From positions 1 through 44,348 of the forward strand of contig JAIOQF010000202.1 of NCBI GenBank assembly GCA_021413535.1: a stretch of 44,348 nucleotides of DNA, written 5' to 3'. Source of the DNA: Verrucomicrobiota bacterium. GTDB taxonomy: Bacteria > Verrucomicrobiota > Verrucomicrobiia > Verrucomicrobiales > Verrucomicrobiaceae. Both the position numbers and the translations under genes were made by a program. Below are positions 27,828 to 35,400 of the stretch, piece after piece; the first letter of the stretch is position 1, and every line of letters begins with the position of its first letter. The notes beneath the pieces were generated by a model. It made no database searches. It had not been told where the DNA came from and saw nothing but the letters and a program-made list of their open reading frames with translations.

Positions 27828-28265
27828 ATGGACAATTCACCCGCACCTTCCAAGACAGCGCGATACAGCAACATCGCCACAAAAGTCATCTCGGTCATCG
27901 CCATCCTTGTGGTTGTGTTGATTTTCTTCGGCCAGAAGCTCATGATGGGCACGAAATACAAGGTGAGCGACAAGGAATCCGTTAATTATTCCGCCAAGGC
28001 GACCGAGGATGACGCGAAGAAACTCGGCGAAATCCTCAAGAGCGTCGGCTATTTCACCGGCACCAAGGACATGGACGTTCTCCTCAAGAAAGACGAAGAG
28101 GGAACCGTTGCTTCCTTTGTGCTGACAAGCAAGTGGACCGATGACGAGATCGTAAAAGCCTTCCAGGAGATTGGTGAGGAGATCGCGAAAGGATTGGGCA
28201 AACCGCTGACCATCCGCCTTCTCGATGATCATCTGAACAAGAAGAACGAGATCAAATTGCCGTAG
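27828..28265 (+). CDS. single-pass membrane protein, unknown function
   Basis: TM helix VISVIAILVVVLIFF followed by a charged soluble domain. ATG at 27828 preferred over the TTG at 27801. Confidence 0.5.
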   Translation: MDNSPAPSKTARYSNIATKVISVIAILVVVLIFFGQKLMMGTKYKVSDKESVNYSAKATEDDAKKLGEILKSVGYFTGTKDMDVLLKKDEEGTVASFVLTSKWTDDEIVKAFQEIGEEIAKGLGKPLTIRLLDDHLNKKNEIKLP

Positions 28266-28352
28266 TGGCAGGAGAATCGTGGATTAGCAGCAGACAATAC
28301 TTGATTGAGCGGCAAATGCGGCTTTATCAGGGCGCTTCCTTTCCAACCATCC

Positions 28353-29339
28353 ATGAAAACTCCCATCACTGTCGCAGTCACCGGTGCCGCCGGACAAATC
28401 GGTTACTCTCTTCTCTTCCGCATCGCTTCAGGTGCCATGTTCGGTCCGGATCAACCCGTCGCCTTGCGTTTGATTGAAATCGAACCGGGCATGGCCGCCC
28501 TCGGCGGAGTCGTGATGGAACTCGATGATTGCGCCTTCCCGCTCTTGCACAGCATCACACCCACGAGTAATGTGAATGAAGGATTCAAAGATGTGAACTG
28601 GGCTTTGCTCGTCGGCAGCGTGCCGCGCAAGGCAGGAATGGAGCGCAAGGACCTCCTGAACATCAATGGTAAGATTTTCACCGGTCAGGGCAAGGCCATC
28701 GCCGCCAACGCCGCATCTGATGTGCGGGTGCTCGTCGTCGGAAACCCCTGCAACACAAACTGCCTCATCGCCAAGAGCAACGCCAAGGACGTGCCCGCCG
28801 AGCGCTGGTTCGCCATGACACGGCTCGATGAAAACCGCGCCAAGTCCCAGCTCGCGCAGAAAGCGGGCGTCCATGTCAGCGCCGTGACCAACGTGGCCAT
28901 CTGGGGCAACCACTCCGCCACGCAGTATCCTGATTTTTACAATGCGAAGATCAACGGCAAAGCGGTCACGGAAGTCATCAGTGATCATGCATGGTTGCAG
29001 AGCGAGTTCATCAGCACCGTGCAACAACGCGGCGCAGCCATCATCAAAGCCAGAGGCTCCTCCTCCGCCGCTTCAGCCGCGAATGCCGTGGTGGACACCG
29101 TGCGCTCGCTGACCACACCCACGCCCGCGGGCGACTGGACGAGCGTCGCCGTCTGCAGCGATGGCAGCTACGGTGTGGAAAGGGACATCATGACCAGCTT
29201 CCCCATTCGCAGCAACGGCAGCAAATGGGAGATCGTGCAGGGCCTGCCGGTTAATGAATTCAGCCAGGGCCGGATCAACGCCACGGTCAACGAACTCAAG
29301 GAAGAGCGCGATGCGGTGCGGGAGCTGGGGTTGATTTGA
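28353..29339 (+). CDS. mdh: malate dehydrogenase (LDH-like MDH family)
   Basis: [48 protein letters not shown] and [12 protein letters not shown]. Confidence 0.95.
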   Translation: MKTPITVAVTGAAGQIGYSLLFRIASGAMFGPDQPVALRLIEIEPGMAALGGVVMELDDCAFPLLHSITPTSNVNEGFKDVNWALLVGSVPRKAGMERKDLLNINGKIFTGQGKAIAANAASDVRVLVVGNPCNTNCLIAKSNAKDVPAERWFAMTRLDENRAKSQLAQKAGVHVSAVTNVAIWGNHSATQYPDFYNAKINGKAVTEVISDHAWLQSEFISTVQQRGAAIIKARGSSSAASAANAVVDTVRSLTTPTPAGDWTSVAVCSDGSYGVERDIMTSFPIRSNGSKWEIVQGLPVNEFSQGRINATVNELKEERDAVRELGLI

Positions 29340-29390
29340 GATAGATCCGCGAGTCCTCACGCGATCACCAAGCGCAGTCCTTCGGCCGAT

Positions 29391-29434
29391 CGGATTACGG
29401 CGAGACAAAGTCTTGCGGGCTTATTCGTAATCCG
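29391..29434 (+). promoter_or_regulatory. 9-bp inverted repeat with nested hairpin upstream of the giant gene
   Basis: CGGATTACG (29391-29399) pairs with CGTAATCCG (29426-29434). The loop holds a second hairpin, CGAGAC-AAA-GTCTTG. There is no U-tract. It lies 52 nt after the mdh stop and 30 nt before the ATG at 29464. Confidence 0.4.
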
Positions 29435-29463
29435 CTAGCCTGTAGGCACTTATTGGAAACGTG

Positions 29464-32400
29464 ATGACCAAAAACACCAGGCATTCCATTAAGCTGCATC
29501 TTCGCCAGCTGGTCTTGGTTCTGATTTTGTTTTTCACTGAGCTCACCCCATTGCTGGCCGTCCCGCCGGATCTGACCGCCGGGGGAGTGCCGAATGACTC
29601 GATCACGATCAATCTCGGACCCACCGGACTTCGAGGTTGGGTGTATCACGTGAGTGTGGATACCAGCGCGAGCCGCCAGATTCAGGTCAAGGTGGTGGAT
29701 GCGGGATCGCCTGCTGCCGGATTGCTGGCGGTGGATGACGTGATTCTTGGGGCCGATGGAACTGGCGCGGCACCCGTCAATTTCTCCTCCGACGCGCGCA
29801 AGAGTCTGGCGATGGCCATCGCCGATGCCGAGGCTCGCAGCCCGGCCACCTTGAAGTTGCTGCGCTGGCAGGCGGGAGCAACAAACGTCGTGACGCTTAC
29901 GCTGCGGACCATGGGAGCCTACAGTACTACTGCACCCTACAACTGCCCGAAGTCGGCCCAGATTCTCGAAGAGGGACTGCAATACATCATGGCCAGCGAG
30001 ACCAAGGGCAGTTACTCGTTTGGCACACTCGCGCTGCTTGCGGGAAACAATCCCGCGAACCCGCTCAACGCGGCGCGGCAGGCACGCGCACAGACGGAGG
30101 CGCGAGCCTTGATTCCCACTGCCGCGGTGATGGCGACGCTGTCGTCGAGTGACCCGTTTACAAGCGGCGCCTCGCCGTGGCAGCGCGGGCATGAACTCAT
30201 CGTCCTCACCGAATATTATCTGAAAACTGGCGACGCGTTGGTGCTGCCCGCGATTGATGCCATCAGCAAGTGCATCGCCGCCGGGACAAATGTCTTCGGC
30301 ACTGCGGGCCACGTGTTTGCCCCGAAATGGCGCGATGGATCGCCCAACGGCCCGCTGCGGCAGGGCTACGGTGCAGTAAACTCCGCTTCGATGCCCGGCT
30401 TCCTTGGCCTGTTGCTTACGAAGGAATGCGGCGTAACCGGCCCAACCCTCGACCCGGCCATTACGCGGGCGAGCCGCTTCTTTGCCTACTTCGCGGGCAA
30501 AGGTGTGATACCCTACGGCGAGCACGAACCGGCTTGGCAAGGCCACGAAAATAACGGCAAGAGCGGGCTGGCGGCGCTTTGTTTCGAGTTGCAGGGGAAT
30601 CGCGTGTCCGAGCAAAAATTCAACGCCAAGCTGGCGACCGCCGCTACTTCGGAACGGGAAATCGGACATACGGGTGCATTTTTCAACTACCTCTGGTCGC
30701 CCCTCGGCGCAGCGGTGGGCGGAGAGCAGGCGGCGGCTTCCTATTTCAGCCGCGCGAGCTGGATGTTCGATCTGAGCCGCAAGTGGAACGGTTCTTTTGT
30801 CTATGACTGCCTTTATGGCGAGGGACCACTAAACGGTGCGACCTATAACGATTTTCGCATGTCCACCGCAACGCTGCTCACCTATGCGCTGCCATTGCGC
30901 CAGCTTCATATCACAGGTCGCGGACACAATCCGAGCCACTGGCTGACCACCACCGATGTCTCGGACGCAGAGGCCGCAGATGGCTACAAGGCCACCAGCC
31001 GCAGCACCAGCCAACTCGTGGCCGATCTCGGGAGTTGGTCGCCCATGGTGCAAAGGAGCGCCGCGAATGAACTGGGCACCCGCACCACCGAGACCACCGC
31101 CCTGCTGCCAAGCCTGCACGCGCTGGCAAACGACTCGCAGGGCACCTCGCGCATTGGCGCTTGCTACGCGCTTGGAAAAATCGCCAGCTCAAGTTCCGCG
31201 CCGGTGTTGGCCGCGCTTCTGACCGACCCTGTGAACCACGTCCGCTTTGCCGCCGCCGAGTCTCTGCGCGGCTTCTCGGATGTCGCGAAAATGGCGCAGC
31301 TCAATACCATTCTTTCCGCCACAGTCAGCACCGCCGCGCCGCTGCTTCCGTTCAATGAAGAAGATCCCATGCACATGGCCCATGGGCGGCTCGGCGTGCT
31401 GCTCTTTAACTCCACCGATGGCGTGCTGCGGAGCAGCGTTGCTGGAGCTGACCGCAGCCTGCTTTATCCCGCCATTCGCGCTGTGGCGCAGAATCCGATC
31501 GGATACGTTCGCAGCACTCTGAGCACGACTTACAAAAATCTCAATCAAGCGGACTTTCTCGCACTCGCGGATGCAGTGGTTTACTCCGCTTACGAACTGA
31601 CTCCGGCGGACAAGATGTTCAGCGGTGGCGACCGGAAAGCCGCGCTCGATGTGCTGGAAACTTACCACGCCGCAGAAGGCCCGCCGCTGAGCGCGCTGAC
31701 CATTCAGGATGAGGTGGGCTTCAATGACGAGGCGCTCGCCGTGCTCCTGCGCTACGCGGGCGGCTCCTCGACCGTGAAGCCCGATCCCGGCGTGGTGGCA
31801 GCCTGCAAATTTCTCCTGCGGTATGGCATCAATCCCACGGAAGCCCAGCAAATCCTCGACGCTATCGCCGCTGACCCAAACCACGCGACGCTCCCGCCAT
31901 TGAAAAGTATTCAGTCCGTCGTAGCAGGCGCCGCGAGCCTGACACTACCCGCAAAGTGGACGACCCTGAGCGTGACCTCCAACGACTATGCGAAAGGCGA
32001 CAGCGTCTATACATGGCGCAAGGTTAACGGCGCGGGCAACGTCACCTTTGTCCCCAACGGCACCGGTGCGGCCAAGACCACGACCGCGTATTTCGACGGC
32101 GCACCGGGGCAGTATCTTTTCGAGGTGAAAATGTCAGACTCGAAAAACCTCACGGAAGTCTATTCCACTGTCGCCGTAACGCTCTACAACTCCGGCGGCA
32201 CGCTGTCGCCGAACAATCCGCCGACCGCCAACGCGCAATCGCCCACGGTGCCGCAGGCCATGCCCACACCCATCATCCTCACTGGCAGCGACCCTGAAAA
32301 CTACGCGCTGACCTACGCCGTCACCAGTCAGCCCGCGCACGGCACTCTCACCGGCACGGCTCCCTATCTTACCTACACGCCGGCTTTCGACTACACCGGC

Positions 32401-35400
32401 TCGGATAGTTTTAATTTCCAAGTGACGGACAGTGAAGGCCAGACATCCAGCGCCGCAGTGAGCATCACGGTGGGCGTTGGCTCTGGCGTGCCCGTGGCCA
32501 TTTACGAGCCTTTCGACTACGCAACGGGCAGCCTCAACGGCAAAGGTGGCAGCACCGAGACCGGCCTCACGGGCACTTGGTTTTCGACGAGTGCCGTCAC
32601 ACAAATAGCCTCCGGCTCTCTCACCTACGGCTCGCTGCCGGTGTCGGGCAACTCGTTTGGGGTCTCTGCCTCTGCGAATAACTTTGGCGGCTCGCGCTCT
32701 TTTAGCACATCGGCGCTGGCGGCCAATGGCCTGCTCAACGATGGCGCGACACTCTGGTTCAGCATCGTCGTCGGCTACGGCACCGGCGGGAATTTGACCA
32801 ATTCGCGCCTCGCTTTCGCTCTGGCCAACAGCCGGTTTAGCACGGGCAATTTTCAATATTATATCGTGAACGAAGGCGCGCAGCTTGGCTCCGGGCTGGG
32901 CGTCACCCTCGGGCGCTTCGACTACCGGGGCGGAGCTGGCAACGGCTACGTCGTCGCCACGCAATTCCGCGATTCGACCTTCGGCACGTCCGGCTTTAGC
33001 GGCAACGTCTTCGGCAACGTGCCCCGCTCTACGCTTGATAGCGGGGAACAGCGCCTCGTCGTCGGCAAAATCACCTGGGGCGCAGCCAGCGACACCATCG
33101 AGCTTTACGAGCCAGATACCGACCTCAGCCTCGGCTCACCTACCTCCACACTCACCGTAAATGTGAATCAGTCCGCCTACGACACCCTGACTTTTGCCCT
33201 AGGCGACCGCGTCACGTTGGACGAAATCCGCTTTGGCTCCAACTACTACAGCGTCCTCGCAGGCACTGTGGCGATGACTGCCGACACCACGCCGCCCACG
33301 CCAAATCCGTTCAGCTTTGCTACTCTGCCCACGGTGATTCCCGGCAGTTCCATCACCATGACAGCCGCCACTGCCTATGATCCGAACGGTGTGGAATACT
33401 ATTTCACCTGCACCTCCGGCAGCGGGCATGACAGCGGCTGGCAAAACGGCACCACTTACACCGACACCGGTCTCACACCGGGCGTGACTTACAGCTACAC
33501 CGTGAAGACGCGCGACCTGAGCCCCGCGCGCAACGAAGGCACGGTCTCCGCGGCGGCATCGGCCGTCATTTCCACCGTAGTCACAGTGCCTGATGTCGCA
33601 GGCATGATTCAAAGCAGCGCCGAGTCCATCCTTACCTCCGTCGGCTTGACAGTCGGCACCGTGCAGAACTCATTCAGCCCGACAGTCCCCGTCGGTAGCA
33701 TCATCAGTCAGAGTCCGGGTGGTGGGCAGACTACGGCCCGGGGCACGGTGGTCGATCTGGCGCTCTCTGCCTTCGACAATACCCCACCCACGCTGACAGG
33801 CAGCGATATCGTCGATGACAAAAGCGGCGGCCCGGTTCTCGTGAACACCCTAGTCATCTACACCGTATCCTTCAGCGAAGACATGGACGCGAGCACGGTT
33901 TCCGCCGCCGACTTCAGCAACACAGGCAGCTCGGCCATCACCATTGACACCGTCACCGAGACCAGTCCCGGAGTTTTCACTGTGCCGGTCACGCCAACCA
34001 GTGTCGGAACTCTGCAACTCCAAGTCAACGCCAATGCCGACCTGACCGACGCCGGGGGCAACGCCCTGATCACCACCTCAGCCATCGTTGACAATACCAT
34101 CATCACCGTGATCCCGGTCAACAGCCCGCCAGTGGCCGCCACCCAAAGCGTGACCATCGCGAAAGACACCGCCAAGGCCATCACTCTCGTCGCCACCGAT
34201 ATGAATAACGATCCGCTGACCTACTCCATCATCAGCCAGCCCACGCATGGCACCTTGAGCGGCAGCGCGCCGAACGTGACTTATAAGCCCGGCACCAATT
34301 TCATCGGCACCGACAGTTTCACCTTCAAGGCCAATGACGGAGTCAACGATTCGGCGGAGGCGACGGTGAGTCTCGCCGTAACTCCCTTGGTCTTCACTTG
34401 GAACAGCGCCATCGCTGGCGACTGGAGCGACAACACCAAATGGGCCGCCAGCTCAGTCAGTCCCAGCAGTATCGGCCATGAAGGATATGTGCTGAATTTC
34501 AACGTCGCTGGGACCTATACCGCCACCAATAATCTGAACGCGGGATTCTTGCTCAATCAGATTAATTTTGGTGGTTCCACCGCAACCATCGCAGGCAGTG
34601 GCCTGGCGTTGATCGTCAACGGAAGCACTCTGCCTAGGATCAATCAGAACGCGTCCAGTGCAGTGATCATCAGTGTTCCTCTCAACCTGATTTCGGATAC
34701 GACCGTGGGAGGCAGCGGCACCGGGGCGATGACGTTCTCCGATGTGGTTTCGGGCGCAGGCAGCCTTTCCAAGACCGCTCCCGGCACGCTCACACTCTCC
34801 GGCACCAACACCTACAGTGGTGGCACCGTGATCAGTGGCGGCACGGTTGCACTTGCCAGTGGAGTGACCGGGGCCATCAGCACCGGCCCTGTCACCATCA
34901 ACAGCGGTGGCATCCTCACCGTAAATAGCACCGCGCTCAACCGCGCTCTGACCCTGAATGGAGGAACGTTGAAACTAACTGCCGGAACGACGGATACGGT
35001 ATCAGGAACCATTGCCGTAGAGGCTAATTCCACCGTTGATTTTGGTAACACCAACCAAGCGATTTCAACGATCAGTTCCTCAATGAGTGGCGTGGGCGGC
35101 TTGACGAAAACAAGTGCCGGGCAATTAAGATTCATCAGCAGCAGCATCAATTATAGCGGCCCCACAGTCGTGAATGCCGGGACTCTCCAAGTGCAGCAAT
35201 CGCTCTACGGTAATGACTCCTCAAAATGGACCCCGGCCAACATCACGTTGGCCAGCGGTGCCATGCTCATCCTCAACGTCGGAGGTGCGAGCGATTTCAC
35301 CCCGGCCCAGGCCACCACGTTGTTCAACAACATCTCCACCAATGTAAACAACAATGGCTTGCGAGCCGGTTCGACGATCGCGTTTGATATCTCGAACGCG

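Noticed and set aside
29395-32964. Long antisense ORFs inside the giant gene (29395..30669, 31189..31884 and 32134..32964, all minus)
   Set aside because: They are Arg/Gly/Ala-rich with no motifs. They are fully contained in a strongly coding plus-strand frame. This is typical of open shadow frames in GC-rich repetitive genes.
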